Notes: generated from the sequence alone by a model not told the origin. 64,000 bases of DNA from Alphaproteobacteria bacterium (GCA_038146925.1 JAYQSP010000007.1:18980-82979); one strand, 5' to 3'. Positions 1 through 9,450 are shown, numbered from the stretch's first letter. A program made the numbers and translations.

Positions 1-18
1 GCGGATGGGGAATTCGGC

Positions 19-1410
19 ATGACATACGACGTAGCGATCGTGGGCGGCGGCTTCGGCGGTCTGACGGCGGCAAATCATGTGGCGCTGGCGGGGCTGAAGC
101 CCGTGGTTCTGGAGGCCGGGTCCGGCGAGACCTACATGTGCAATTCGCGCGTCGCGACCGGCGCGTTGCATGTCGCCTTTCGCAGTCCGGAAGACCCTGC
201 CGACGAATTGTTCGAAGCCATCATGGCCGCCACTGACGGCACGGCCCGTGAAGATATTGCCCGCGCACTGACCGACAACGCCCAGGCCACCATCGACTGG
301 ATGCGCGACGAGGGTTGCGAGTTCATGCAACACCCGCGACGGTCCTGGGGCATGCCGATGATGATGCCGGGGCGCGAAATGAAGGCCGGCCTCGACTGGG
401 AGGGAAGCGGCCCCAATCTGTTTCTGAAATCGCTCGCCGAAAAACTGGCCCAACGCGGCGGCGAGCTAAGGTGCGGCGTGCGTGCTGCGGGACTGGAGAT
501 GAAGGGTGGGCAAGTCACCGGCGTCGAACTTGATGATGGTGAGACAATCGAGGCCCGGGCGGTGGTCATCGCCGATGGCGGGTTTCAGGCCGACCGGGAA
601 CTGATCGGCCGGCACATCACCGGATCGCCCGACCGGGTTCGGCAGCGGAATACGGAAACCGGCCGTGGGGACGGACTGCGCATGGCGGTTGCAGCAGGCG
701 CACAGACGGCCGGGCTCGACAAGTTCTACGGACATGTCCTCAGCCGGGATGCGATGGAAAACGAAGAACTGTGGCCCTATCCGCAACTGGATGTGATCTG
801 CGCAAAGGGCATCGTGGTGACATCCGATGGTCGCCGCTTTGCAGACGAAGGGCAGGGCGGGATCTACGTCACCAACGCAATTGCGGCGCTCGACGATCCG
901 CTGGATGCAACAGCCGTCTTCGACCGTAGCGTCTGGGAGGACGCAAAAGAGGCGGATATCGTGCCGCCTAACCCGTCGTTGACCGAGAACGGCGGCACGG
1001 TTTTGCAGGCGGACAGTCTGGCGGAGCTGGCCGGTCTTGCCGGGCTCGATGCGGCGGGGGTGAGCGCGACGGTGCAGGACTACAACGACCTGATCCGTGC
1101 CGGCAGCGCGCCGGCGATGTCGCCCGCCCGCACCACGCAGACATTTCCCGCGCATACGATCGACAAGCCGCCATTCTACGCCATCCCGCTCTGCGCCGGC
1201 ATTACGGTTACGTCCGGCGGGCTATGTGTGGACGGCCGGGCGCGCGTGCTCGACACCGACGAGAAACCCATCGTTGGGCTTTACGCCGCCGGATCGGCGG
1301 TGGGCGGTCTGGAAGGCGGTCCGAGGGCCGGATATGTCGGCGGGCTGATCAAGGCGTTCGCGATCGGCCGCATCGCCGGGCGGGAGATCGCCTCCGAACT
1401 GGCGGATTAA
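19..1410 (+). CDS. FAD-dependent oxidoreductase (fumarate reductase/succinate dehydrogenase flavoprotein-like, KstD/TcuA-like)
   Basis: N-terminal dinucleotide fold DVAIVGGGFGGLTAA; C-terminal GLYAAGSAVGGLEGG flavoprotein motif; 463 aa; ATG at 19. Confidence 0.7.
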   Translation: MTYDVAIVGGGFGGLTAANHVALAGLKPVVLEAGSGETYMCNSRVATGALHVAFRSPEDPADELFEAIMAATDGTAREDIARALTDNAQATIDWMRDEGCEFMQHPRRSWGMPMMMPGREMKAGLDWEGSGPNLFLKSLAEKLAQRGGELRCGVRAAGLEMKGGQVTGVELDDGETIEARAVVIADGGFQADRELIGRHITGSPDRVRQRNTETGRGDGLRMAVAAGAQTAGLDKFYGHVLSRDAMENEELWPYPQLDVICAKGIVVTSDGRRFADEGQGGIYVTNAIAALDDPLDATAVFDRSVWEDAKEADIVPPNPSLTENGGTVLQADSLAELAGLAGLDAAGVSATVQDYNDLIRAGSAPAMSPARTTQTFPAHTIDKPPFYAIPLCAGITVTSGGLCVDGRARVLDTDEKPIVGLYAAGSAVGGLEGGPRAGYVGGLIKAFAIGRIAGREIASELAD

Positions 1411-1658
1411 CCCCCGGTCGCCTTTCCCGACAATATCCAGTCAGCGATCTCGCCGCCCGTCGCCGACCAGACCCCGTCATGCGACATGACGTACTGGAGA
1501 GCACGGTCGAGCGCGCCGATCCGGTGCGGCACGCCGATGATGTAGGGGTGCAGGGACATCGCGACGACGCGGCCGCTGTCGGCGCTTTCCGCATAGAGCA
1601 CATCGAAGGCGCTGCGGATCATGGTTTCGAAATCGGCGGCAAGGCGGGCCTTGGTCAT
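1407..1658 (-). pseudogene. C-terminal fragment of a polysaccharide deacetylase/PuuE-like protein (about 83 aa remnant)
   Basis: SLHPYIIGVPHRIGALDRALQYV...VWSATGGEIADW resembles the C-terminus of PF01522-type deacetylases; only 125 bp remain upstream before the next gene, so about 200 N-terminal residues are missing. Confidence 0.45.
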
Positions 1659-1843
1659 GGGCTCGGTACGTTCCCGGTGTGCTGAATCCGACTTTATCCG
1701 ATCCGCAATGCGCGGGTAAGAGGACGGGCGGGCGCAAATAATGCGTCCTGCCGCCCTCCCATTCCGGCGGCGCTTTATCTAGAATGCACGCAAAGGGCTC
1801 CCGCGAGCCTTGCGAACCAGACCGAACCGAGAGGAACGACCGC

Positions 1844-2854
1844 ATGATTATCGATTGTCATGGCCATTACACCACCGAACCGGAACAGCTGACCGATTAT
1901 CGCAAGGCCCAGCTCGCGGGACTGGACGCCGATCCGTCGTTTCTGCCGACCCGCGCCGATCTGAAAATCACGGACGACGAAATCCGCGAACGGATCGAAC
2001 CGGCGCAGATCAAGCTGCAGATGGAACGCGGCACCGACATGACAATTTTTTCGCCGCGCGCGGTGGGCATGGGCCACCATCTCGGGACGGAACAGACCAG
2101 CTATTACTGGGCGGAAATCTGCAACAACATGGTGCGCCGCGTGTGCGACCTGTATCCGGAACGGTTCGTGCCGGTCTGCCAGCTGCCGCAGTATCCGGGA
2201 GTCGAGCCGGCGAAATCCATTCCAGAGCTCGAACGCTGCGTCAACGAGATGGGCTTTATCGGTGTCAACGTGAACCCGGATCCGTCCGGCGCCATGTGGA
2301 CCGACCCGCCGATCACCGACAAATGGTGGTACCCGCTATGGGAAAAGATGGTCGAGCTGGACGTGCCCGGGATGCTGCATGTCAGCGGATCGTGCAATCC
2401 GAATTTCCACCACACCGGCGCCCACTACATAGCCGGCGACACGACCGTTTTCATGCAGCTGATCCTCGGCGATCTGTTCGCGGATTTCCCGGGTCTCAAA
2501 TTCATCATCCCGCATGGCGGCGGCGCGGTGCCGTTCCACTGGGGCCGCTATCGAGGGCTGGCGCAAGACATGGGCAAACCGACGCTAGACGAACACCTGC
2601 TGAACAACGTGTTCTTCGATACCTGCGTCTATCATCAGCCGGGCATCGACTGCATGACCAAGGTGATCCCGACCAAGAACATCCTGTTTGCATCGGAAAT
2701 GGTCGGCGCGGTGCGCGGGGTCGATCCCGAAACCGGGTTCAACTACGACGACACCAAGCGATATATCGACGGGACGCCAAACCTGACCGACGCGGAACGC
2801 GCGGAGATTTTCAGCGGCAACGTGCAGAAGGTGTTCCCGCGGCTGAAGATCTGA
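1844..2854 (+). CDS. amidohydrolase-2 family protein (ACMSD/LigW-like metal-dependent decarboxylase or hydrolase)
   Basis: MIIDCHGHY start motif typical of the amidohydrolase-2 family; RBS GAGGAA 8 nt upstream of ATG 1844; 336 aa. Confidence 0.7.
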   Translation: MIIDCHGHYTTEPEQLTDYRKAQLAGLDADPSFLPTRADLKITDDEIRERIEPAQIKLQMERGTDMTIFSPRAVGMGHHLGTEQTSYYWAEICNNMVRRVCDLYPERFVPVCQLPQYPGVEPAKSIPELERCVNEMGFIGVNVNPDPSGAMWTDPPITDKWWYPLWEKMVELDVPGMLHVSGSCNPNFHHTGAHYIAGDTTVFMQLILGDLFADFPGLKFIIPHGGGAVPFHWGRYRGLAQDMGKPTLDEHLLNNVFFDTCVYHQPGIDCMTKVIPTKNILFASEMVGAVRGVDPETGFNYDDTKRYIDGTPNLTDAERAEIFSGNVQKVFPRLKI

Positions 2855-2879
2855 AGTTTAAGGGCCGATAGATTTTGTT

Positions 2880-2907
2880 CCCCTCCCCCTGAAGGGGGAG
2901 AGGGGAC
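2880..2907. repeat. REP-like palindrome CCCCTCCCCC-TGAA-GGGGGAGAGGGG (probable bidirectional terminator)
   Basis: Perfect GC-rich hairpin between convergent genes; same motif recurs at 60696-60783. Confidence 0.6.
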
Positions 2908-2930
2908 GCAATAAACAGGCGGTGCGGCCG

Positions 2931-4217
2931 CTAGGCCGTCACCCGTTCCTTGCCGGTATCGGTCCTGAACGCTTCCTCGCAGGCTTCGACGTAATCCTGA
3001 TCCCGGTCGAGCACGACCGCGACGGAGCGGATTTTCATGTGTTCCGGTTCGCGGCCCGTCGGCATGATTCCCTTTTCCGCCAGATCGGTTGCCGCCTTGC
3101 GCAGCTTGTTCCGTGTCATGACGATGCCGTAATCGGTCGGGACAAGGTTTTCGCGCGACCGGTCGACGATGGGCCCCATGGATTCCTGCAGGCTCGCATC
3201 CTGCATGCCGAAGCCCATCACGCCCGAGAACGTCTCGCCGCGTTTCTGGGCTTCGCGATCGATCATGTAATCGTTGTCCTTGTTCTGGGCCGGGCGGAAG
3301 GTGCCCGGGACCAGCGGCACGTGAATGCCCTTCCCGTCGAGACAGGCCTGGCGTTCTTCGGCGGTCAGCGGCCGGTCGGGGTGATAGTCGTAGCTCCATG
3401 TCCAGCAGTTTTCGTCGTTAATCGGCACCCAGAAATGACCGTGCTGCGGATGATCCGCACGCGGCGCGATCATGGTGAAGCAGGGCATCACCCACTGGGT
3501 GATCCGCCAGTAATATTTGTCTTCCTCGACGTTGCGGCGCGCGGCGACGTAAAGGCCGCCTTCCGATTCCCGAACTTCGAAGACCGGCTTCATGTCGCCC
3601 ATGTTGTACTTGTTGGCCTTGGCGCCCCTGAACAGCGGATCGCGCTCCAGCTCCATCGAATGCAGCCACGAGACGTGGCTGGAATCGATGCCGCCTTCCA
3701 GCGCCTGCAGCCAGTTGCATTCCTGGATGCGCTTGGTCGACACCGTCTGTCCGGGTTTGACGGTCGCGAATTCCCATTCCGGTTCCGGCGGACGGTTCTC
3801 GGGATCACCCATATGGGTCCACAGAATGTCGCCTACCTTGATCAGCGGGTAGGCCTGCAGCTTCGCTTCCTGCCGGATCACGCTGTCTTCCGGCTCGGAC
3901 GGGATATCGACGCAGTTGCCTTCGACGTCGTATTTCCAGCCGTGATACGGGCAGCGCAGGCCGCAATCCTCGTTTCGACCGAACCACAGCGATACCCGGC
4001 GGTGGGAACAGAACTCCTCAACCAGACCGTAGCGGCCTTCGGAGTCGCGGAAGGCGATCATCTTTTCACCCAGCAGTTCGACGCGTACCGGCGGGCAGTC
4101 GTTCTCCGGCAGTTCCTCGGCCAGCATCGCGGGCAGCCAGTACTGGCGGAACAGTTCGCCCATTGGCGTGCCTTTGTCGGTCTGGGTGAGCAGATCGTTA
4201 ACTTCCTTGCGCAGCAT
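2931..4217 (-). CDS. Rieske (2Fe-2S) aromatic ring-hydroxylating oxygenase alpha subunit (class IA phthalate/VanA/LigXa-like)
   Basis: Rieske CSHR...CPYHGW motif; mononuclear iron motif DSSHVSWLH; 428 aa; no beta subunit adjacent. Confidence 0.85.
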   Translation of the reverse strand: MLRKEVNDLLTQTDKGTPMGELFRQYWLPAMLAEELPENDCPPVRVELLGEKMIAFRDSEGRYGLVEEFCSHRRVSLWFGRNEDCGLRCPYHGWKYDVEGNCVDIPSEPEDSVIRQEAKLQAYPLIKVGDILWTHMGDPENRPPEPEWEFATVKPGQTVSTKRIQECNWLQALEGGIDSSHVSWLHSMELERDPLFRGAKANKYNMGDMKPVFEVRESEGGLYVAARRNVEEDKYYWRITQWVMPCFTMIAPRADHPQHGHFWVPINDENCWTWSYDYHPDRPLTAEERQACLDGKGIHVPLVPGTFRPAQNKDNDYMIDREAQKRGETFSGVMGFGMQDASLQESMGPIVDRSRENLVPTDYGIVMTRNKLRKAATDLAEKGIMPTGREPEHMKIRSVAVVLDRDQDYVEACEEAFRTDTGKERVTA

Positions 4218-4311
4218 CTTTCATCTCCCGATTCATGTGTCTTGCCGCAAAACTCCGCGTCGGCCGCAACTCCGTTTATTCCGTGTCTGCGGGCCGTGTG
4301 CAAGAGGACAT

Positions 4312-4329
4312 CGCATTCTATCGAATGCG
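4312..4329. promoter_or_regulatory. perfect palindrome CGCATTC-TATC-GAATGCG in a divergent promoter region (candidate operator)
   Basis: 7-4-7 inverted repeat in the 218-bp intergenic region between the divergent Rieske oxygenase and alpha/beta hydrolase genes. Confidence 0.35.
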
Positions 4330-4435
4330 TTGGCAGAAAATTAATTAGATGTCTAAGCACTTTCCGTCAATGGACGGATCGCCGCAGTCCCGATAGGTTT
4401 GCCGGAACGGAATTATACGGAAAAGACCCAGCGAC

Positions 4436-5287
4436 ATGCCCTTTGCAGAAATCGACGGAATTCGCACCCGTTACGACGTGGTGGGTAATGGCCCGCCCGT
4501 GCTCATGTACGCGCCGGGCGGCTTCAATGCGCGGCTCGAACAGTGGACCGATCTCGGAATCTACAAGCGGATCGGGCTGCTCGACCATCTGCCCGAACAC
4601 TACACCTGCATCGTGTTCGACCGCCGCGAGAACGGGGAATCCGGCGGCCGCATCGAAGCGGTCGGCTGGCAGCATTTCGTGCGTCAGGGCGCCGGACTGC
4701 TGGACGAGCTGGGATACGAAAAGGCACATCTGATGGGCGGCTGCATGGGCTGCCCGCCGGTGACGGCGTTCGCCGCGGCGCATCCCGACCGGGTGCTTTC
4801 CATGGTACTGTTCTGGCCGGTGGGGGGCGCAAAATACCGGATCAACTGCCATCTGCGCTTCGCCCGGCACCTCGCCTATGTCGAGGAAAACGGCATGCAG
4901 GCCGTGGTCGACCTCGTGCGCAGCCACGATCTGAACTTCTCGCAGGATCCGCGCGGCGGCCCCTGGGGCACGCCGATCCGGAACGGTGACGATTTCGCCG
5001 CGCGCTATGCCGCGTTCGACCCTGTCGCCTACAAGAACATCGTGTCGGCCATGGTGCGAGGCCTTTTCGACCGCGACACCGCCCCCGGCGCGGAAGCGGA
5101 GGAACTGCTGGCGATGGATATCCCCGCCATCATCGTCCCCGGCGACGACGACGCCCATGCGACCTCGGCGGCGATGTACCTGCACGAATGCCTGACGGGG
5201 TCCGAGTACGTCGACATCCTGGCGAAGGAGCAGTCGGCGGAGAATATTCCGGGGCGTGTGCTGGACTTTCTAAAGGGTGTTTTCTGA
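4436..5287 (+). CDS. alpha/beta hydrolase with Cys in the nucleophile elbow (G-G-C-M-G)
   Basis: HLMGGCMGC at the nucleophile elbow position; 283 aa; divergent from the Rieske oxygenase. Confidence 0.65.
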   Translation: MPFAEIDGIRTRYDVVGNGPPVLMYAPGGFNARLEQWTDLGIYKRIGLLDHLPEHYTCIVFDRRENGESGGRIEAVGWQHFVRQGAGLLDELGYEKAHLMGGCMGCPPVTAFAAAHPDRVLSMVLFWPVGGAKYRINCHLRFARHLAYVEENGMQAVVDLVRSHDLNFSQDPRGGPWGTPIRNGDDFAARYAAFDPVAYKNIVSAMVRGLFDRDTAPGAEAEELLAMDIPAIIVPGDDDAHATSAAMYLHECLTGSEYVDILAKEQSAENIPGRVLDFLKGVF

Positions 5288-5358
5288 CTGAGAGAAACCC
5301 GTGTCACCCTCGGGTCGCGGCCCGAGGATGACACCTGTTTAATCAGATTTTGCTGGTG

Positions 5359-6300
5359 TTAACCCACCGCCTCCAGCAGGTTTTTAGCGAACAGATCCTC
5401 CACCGCAACCGGCTCCGGAATGATCTGTTGTGTCACCGCGTGGCCGATCAGGCGTTCCAGCGTGTCGCGATTGGGGGCGATGCCGTAGGGCAGGGGGTCG
5501 TCCATGACTTCCAGCGCCGCCATGTGCACCTTGTCGACACGTCCGGGTTCCGCCACGCGGCCGGCTTTCAGGTCGTCGACATAGAGCTTCTTTGATGCCG
5601 TGAACGCGTCGAACACCTGCACCGCGACGTCGGGGTTTTCCGCCAGCAGGTCGTCTCGCACCACGACGGTGTGGTTGATCGGGTACAGCCCGCGCCCTTT
5701 CAGGGCGGCGACGGCGGCGGCGAACGGGTCGTCGAACATCGTCGTCACGTCGGGATGGTCGATCTTCGCGCCCACGGCGGCAACCAGATCCCCGGACGTC
5801 AGCGCGGCTTCCAGGTCGCCATCGGCCAGCGCCTGCACATTCGCGGGCGCCCGATAGGCCTCGACGTGTTCGTCGCCTGACGGGCACCACGTTACCGACG
5901 ACAGATCGACGTCGAATTCCTCCTGGATGATGGAGCGCGCCCAGACGCCGGTGGTGACCGTATAGCCCCGGTTCACGCCGACGCGTTTGCCCGGCAGGTC
6001 GGCGGGAGATGTCAGCCCGGCCGGCACGTGATGAACGATCGCGTCGTGGTGAAAATCGCGCACCAGAAAGATCGGCAGCGCCGTGAACTTCACCCCGTGC
6101 GCCCTGGCGCAGATATAGGTGGTCAGCGCCATTTCGCAGACGTCGTAGGCCATTTCCCGCACCATCCGGCGGAAGGCGTGCACCAGAACGGGCACTTCCT
6201 CGAAGTCCATGTCGAAATCCGGCAGGGAAACGTCGCCTTCTTTCAGGGCGCGGTTGTTGCCCTGGGTGCGCGAAACGGCGTGGAGTCTGGTTTTGGTCAT
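5359..6300 (-). CDS. NMT1/THI5-like periplasmic-binding-fold protein (possible PhtD-like decarboxylase, no signal peptide)
   Basis: 313 aa; SBP-like fold family used by 4,5-dihydroxyphthalate decarboxylases; no N-terminal signal sequence. Confidence 0.5.
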   Translation of the reverse strand: MTKTRLHAVSRTQGNNRALKEGDVSLPDFDMDFEEVPVLVHAFRRMVREMAYDVCEMALTTYICARAHGVKFTALPIFLVRDFHHDAIVHHVPAGLTSPADLPGKRVGVNRGYTVTTGVWARSIIQEEFDVDLSSVTWCPSGDEHVEAYRAPANVQALADGDLEAALTSGDLVAAVGAKIDHPDVTTMFDDPFAAAVAALKGRGLYPINHTVVVRDDLLAENPDVAVQVFDAFTASKKLYVDDLKAGRVAEPGRVDKVHMAALEVMDDPLPYGIAPNRDTLERLIGHAVTQQIIPEPVAVEDLFAKNLLEAVG

Positions 6301-6322
6301 ATTTTGTCGCTTCTCTTTTCGT

Positions 6323-6613
6323 TCAGCAGCATTCGAGGTCGCCGTTGTCTTCCAGCGCCGGCAACAGCCACCGGAGCGGAAGGTCCTGTTCCTGTACCGT
6401 CGAGACCGGCTGAAATATCTTGAGCCGGTACCGCGTGTCCTGCTTCCAGAACACGGCGTTAGTTTCCTTCGGCGGAAAACCGGGTTTCAGGCCGGGGTCT
6501 TCGGATACCAGGATGATTTCCGATTCGGGTATGCCGAACCGGTCCCGGATCAGCTTCTCCACCCGGGTGATGTCGTCCAGAATGTCGTTTTCAGGGCCCA
6601 GACGCCTGAACAT
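6323..6613 (-). CDS. small hypothetical protein (96 aa, C-terminal ...LEDNGDLECC)
   Basis: Protein-like C-terminal segment of the 723-aa antisense ORF lying outside the ADH gene; ATG at 6613 with GAAGG upstream; 22 nt upstream of the PhtD-like gene on the same strand. Confidence 0.45.
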   Translation of the reverse strand: MFRRLGPENDILDDITRVEKLIRDRFGIPESEIILVSEDPGLKPGFPPKETNAVFWKQDTRYRLKIFQPVSTVQEQDLPLRWLLPALEDNGDLECC

Positions 6614-6706
6614 GGCCTTCGTTCCGGTTAAAATCGGTTTGCGAGATTTGCCGGGACTCTGCCGCTTTGCTAAATCAGGGTCAACATATCCGAGGGAGAG
6701 ACCAGC

Positions 6707-7813
6707 TTGGCCGAGAAAGTAACCGCCGCCGTTCGCACGGCGCCCCAGACGACCGAATTCCGCGAATACGACATGCCGGATATCCCGGACGAGGCCGCGC
6801 TGCTGAAAGTCGAGGTCGCCGGCATCTGCGGCACCGACGTTAAGTTCTATTCCAAGCCGCCGTTCGAAGGCCCGGTCATCATGGGACACGAAAATATCGG
6901 TTACATCGCCAAGGCCGGTAAGGTGTTTCAGGAACGCAAGGGCCTGAAAGAAGGCGATCTGGTGTTCGTCGAGCACTATGTCGGCTGCATGAACTGCGAA
7001 CACTGCCACCGGGGCGATTACCGGCTGTGCATGTTCACCGACTGGCGGAAGTTCCCCGAAGGTCTGCGTTTCGGCTATACGCTGGCCGAACGCGAACCGC
7101 ATCTGTTCGGCGGGTTCGCCCAATACATGTACCTGCCGTGGAACTCGGTCATCCACAAGGTGCCTGACGGCCTGTCGCCGGAAATCGCCGGCGTCGTCAC
7201 GCCGATGGCGAACGGCATCCAGTGGGCGCTGTTCGACTGCGAGGTCGGCTATGACGACCGCGTTCTCATCCAGGGGCCGGGACAGCAAGGGCTGTGCAAC
7301 ACCATCGCCTGCAAGCAGGCGGGCGCGTCGCTGATCATCGTCACCGGCACGTCCAAGGACAAGAAACGTCTGGAGGTCGCCAAAAAGCTTGGCGCCGACT
7401 ATGTGATCAACGTTCAGGAAGAAGATCCGCTGGAACGGATCATGGAAATCACGGGTGGCGAGGGGCTGGACGTGTCGCTCGACTGCACGGCCGGCGCGGG
7501 CACCATCCCGACCCTCCTGGGCGTCGAAGCGCTGAAGCGCAAGGGCGGCACCCTGCAGTTCCAGGGCGAGGACGTGCCGGAATTTCCCAACTACCCGATG
7601 GGTAAAATCGCCAACAAGTACATCACCGTGAAGGCGGCCCGCGGGCATAACTACGAAAGCTGTGAGCTTGGCCTGAAACAGTTGGCCTCCGACCGCTTCG
7701 ATATCAGCCTGATGACGACGCACCGCTTCGGCCTCGAGGACGTGCACGACGCGATCAATGCCGTCGGCGGCAGCGGCGACGTGATTCACGCGTCGCTCAT
7801 GCCCTGGGAATAG
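6707..7813 (+). CDS. Zn-dependent alcohol dehydrogenase (MDR family)
   Basis: GICGTD and GHEN catalytic Zn ligands; structural Zn site CMNCEHCHRGDYRLC; TTG start with GGGAGAG RBS. Confidence 0.85.
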   Translation: MAEKVTAAVRTAPQTTEFREYDMPDIPDEAALLKVEVAGICGTDVKFYSKPPFEGPVIMGHENIGYIAKAGKVFQERKGLKEGDLVFVEHYVGCMNCEHCHRGDYRLCMFTDWRKFPEGLRFGYTLAEREPHLFGGFAQYMYLPWNSVIHKVPDGLSPEIAGVVTPMANGIQWALFDCEVGYDDRVLIQGPGQQGLCNTIACKQAGASLIIVTGTSKDKKRLEVAKKLGADYVINVQEEDPLERIMEITGGEGLDVSLDCTAGAGTIPTLLGVEALKRKGGTLQFQGEDVPEFPNYPMGKIANKYITVKAARGHNYESCELGLKQLASDRFDISLMTTHRFGLEDVHDAINAVGGSGDVIHASLMPWE

Positions 7814-7816
7814 TCG

Positions 7817-8815
7817 TTGCCTGGGGCGAGTCGGTCGGACGACGCCCGGATTCCGGTCACGGTCCTGACCGGATATCTGGGGGCGGGCAAGACGACGCTC
7901 CTCAACCGCCTGCTCGCGGATCTGGCGGGTAAATCCTATGCCGTCATCGTCAACGAGTTCGGCGATATCGGCATCGACGGGGACCTGATCGAAACCGGCG
8001 AAGAAGAACTGATCGAACTCAGCAGCGGCTGTATCTGCTGCGTGGTCCGCGGCGACCTGATCCGCACGATGCGCAACCTGCTGACGGAAAAACCGGGCCT
8101 CGACGGCATCATTATCGAAACCACGGGGCTCGCCAATCCCAGCCCCGTGATCCAGACGATGGTGATCGACCAGGTCATCGGCGCGCAGTGCAGGCTGGAC
8201 TCTGTAGTATGCGTGATCGATGCCGTGAATATCCCGGAACAGCTGAAACACGGCCAGGACGCCGCCGATCAGATCGCGTTCAGCGATCATCTGGTGCTGA
8301 ACAAGGCGGATGACGCCAGACAACCGATCGCTGAGATTGAGGCATTGTTGCGCCGAAACAATCCGTTCGCACCGATCACCCGCACCAACCGGTCGGATGT
8401 GCCGGCTTCGGATATTCTGAACCGGCACGGGTTCGAACTGGAACGGATCGAGGCGCAGCTGGAACCCGTCCCCGACCATCATCACCACGATCATATCGAT
8501 GCCACAGTTATTTCCAGTCTGTCGCTGAGCAGCGGGACGCCGATGGATGCGGATCGCCTCGAGGAGTGGCTGCAGGACATGCTGGCGCGGTTCGGCACCG
8601 ACATTCTGCGGACCAAAGGCATTATCGCGGTGGCGGGCGACGACCGGAAACTGGCGCTGCAGGCCGTCAACATGATGCTGGAAGGCGATTTCGTGGGCGC
8701 ATGGGGCAGCGAAGACAGAGTATCGCGTCTCGTCTTCATCGGCCGAAATCTCGAGCGCGACCGGCTGGAAACAGGCTTTAACAACTGCCGCAGCGATGCC
8801 GCCGAATATGCCTGA
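7817..8815 (+). CDS. COG0523 (CobW/ZigA-like) metallochaperone GTPase
   Basis: P-loop [12 protein letters not shown]; CICC metal-binding motif; His-rich linker DHHHHDHID; 4 bp after the ADH stop. Confidence 0.85.
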   Translation: MPGASRSDDARIPVTVLTGYLGAGKTTLLNRLLADLAGKSYAVIVNEFGDIGIDGDLIETGEEELIELSSGCICCVVRGDLIRTMRNLLTEKPGLDGIIIETTGLANPSPVIQTMVIDQVIGAQCRLDSVVCVIDAVNIPEQLKHGQDAADQIAFSDHLVLNKADDARQPIAEIEALLRRNNPFAPITRTNRSDVPASDILNRHGFELERIEAQLEPVPDHHHHDHIDATVISSLSLSSGTPMDADRLEEWLQDMLARFGTDILRTKGIIAVAGDDRKLALQAVNMMLEGDFVGAWGSEDRVSRLVFIGRNLERDRLETGFNNCRSDAAEYA

Positions 8816-8830
8816 TCAGGGAGACACCGG

Positions 8831-9379
8831 ATGACCAGAATACCAGTCCTCGACCCCGATGATATGGATGACGCACAACGGGCGATACACGACCGTATCC
8901 TCGCCGATGGCGGCCGGATCGGGTTCGGCCCGGCGATCGGGTATGCCTATTCCGGTCCGGTCTGGGACTCGCATAACAAATCCAGCGCGCATTTGCTCGA
9001 CTGTTCGTTGACGAACATACAAGTGCGGATTATCTCGCTGATGACCGTCCGTCACTGGAAAGCGGCCTATCCGTGGAGCGCGCAGGCCAAGACGGCGGTG
9101 AAGGCGGGCCTCAGCCTCGATATCATCGATGCGATCAACGAGGGCCGCGACCCTGAATTCGCCACTGCCGACGATGCCGCTGTGTATTCCGCGACGAAGG
9201 AGTTGCTGGAAACCGGCAACCTGTCGGACGACGGGTTCGCGGCCGCCGAAAAGGCCCTGGGATATCAGCGCATCGTGGAACTGGTCGGCGCGATCGGCCA
9301 TTTCTGCACCACCGGTCTGATGGCCAACGTGGTCGGCGTCACGCCCGACCCGGAGGCGCCGTCGCACCTGAAATCGTGA
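8831..9379 (+). CDS. carboxymuconolactone decarboxylase (CMD/AhpD-like) family protein
   Basis: 182 aa; AhpD/CMD-like core; RBS AGGGAGA upstream. Confidence 0.6.
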   Translation: MTRIPVLDPDDMDDAQRAIHDRILADGGRIGFGPAIGYAYSGPVWDSHNKSSAHLLDCSLTNIQVRIISLMTVRHWKAAYPWSAQAKTAVKAGLSLDIIDAINEGRDPEFATADDAAVYSATKELLETGNLSDDGFAAAEKALGYQRIVELVGAIGHFCTTGLMANVVGVTPDPEAPSHLKS

Positions 9380-9450
9380 GCGCTTCCGGCGGGCTTGTTG
9401 GGCCGCGCCGGGGCGTTTAGAAATCCAAACAACAATCAGAGAGAGGGACC

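Noticed and set aside
2922-4733. 603-aa plus-strand ORF
   Set aside because: Antisense to the Rieske oxygenase gene and overlaps the hydrolase gene in another frame; no domain-like sequence; high-GC artefact
6323-8494. 723-aa minus-strand ORF
   Set aside because: Antisense to two well-supported plus-strand genes (Zn-ADH, COG0523 GTPase); composition is Arg/Ala/Gly-rich as expected for a reverse-frame ORF in high-GC DNA; only the last about 96 codons (6323-6613) lie outside those genes and were retained as a separate small CDS
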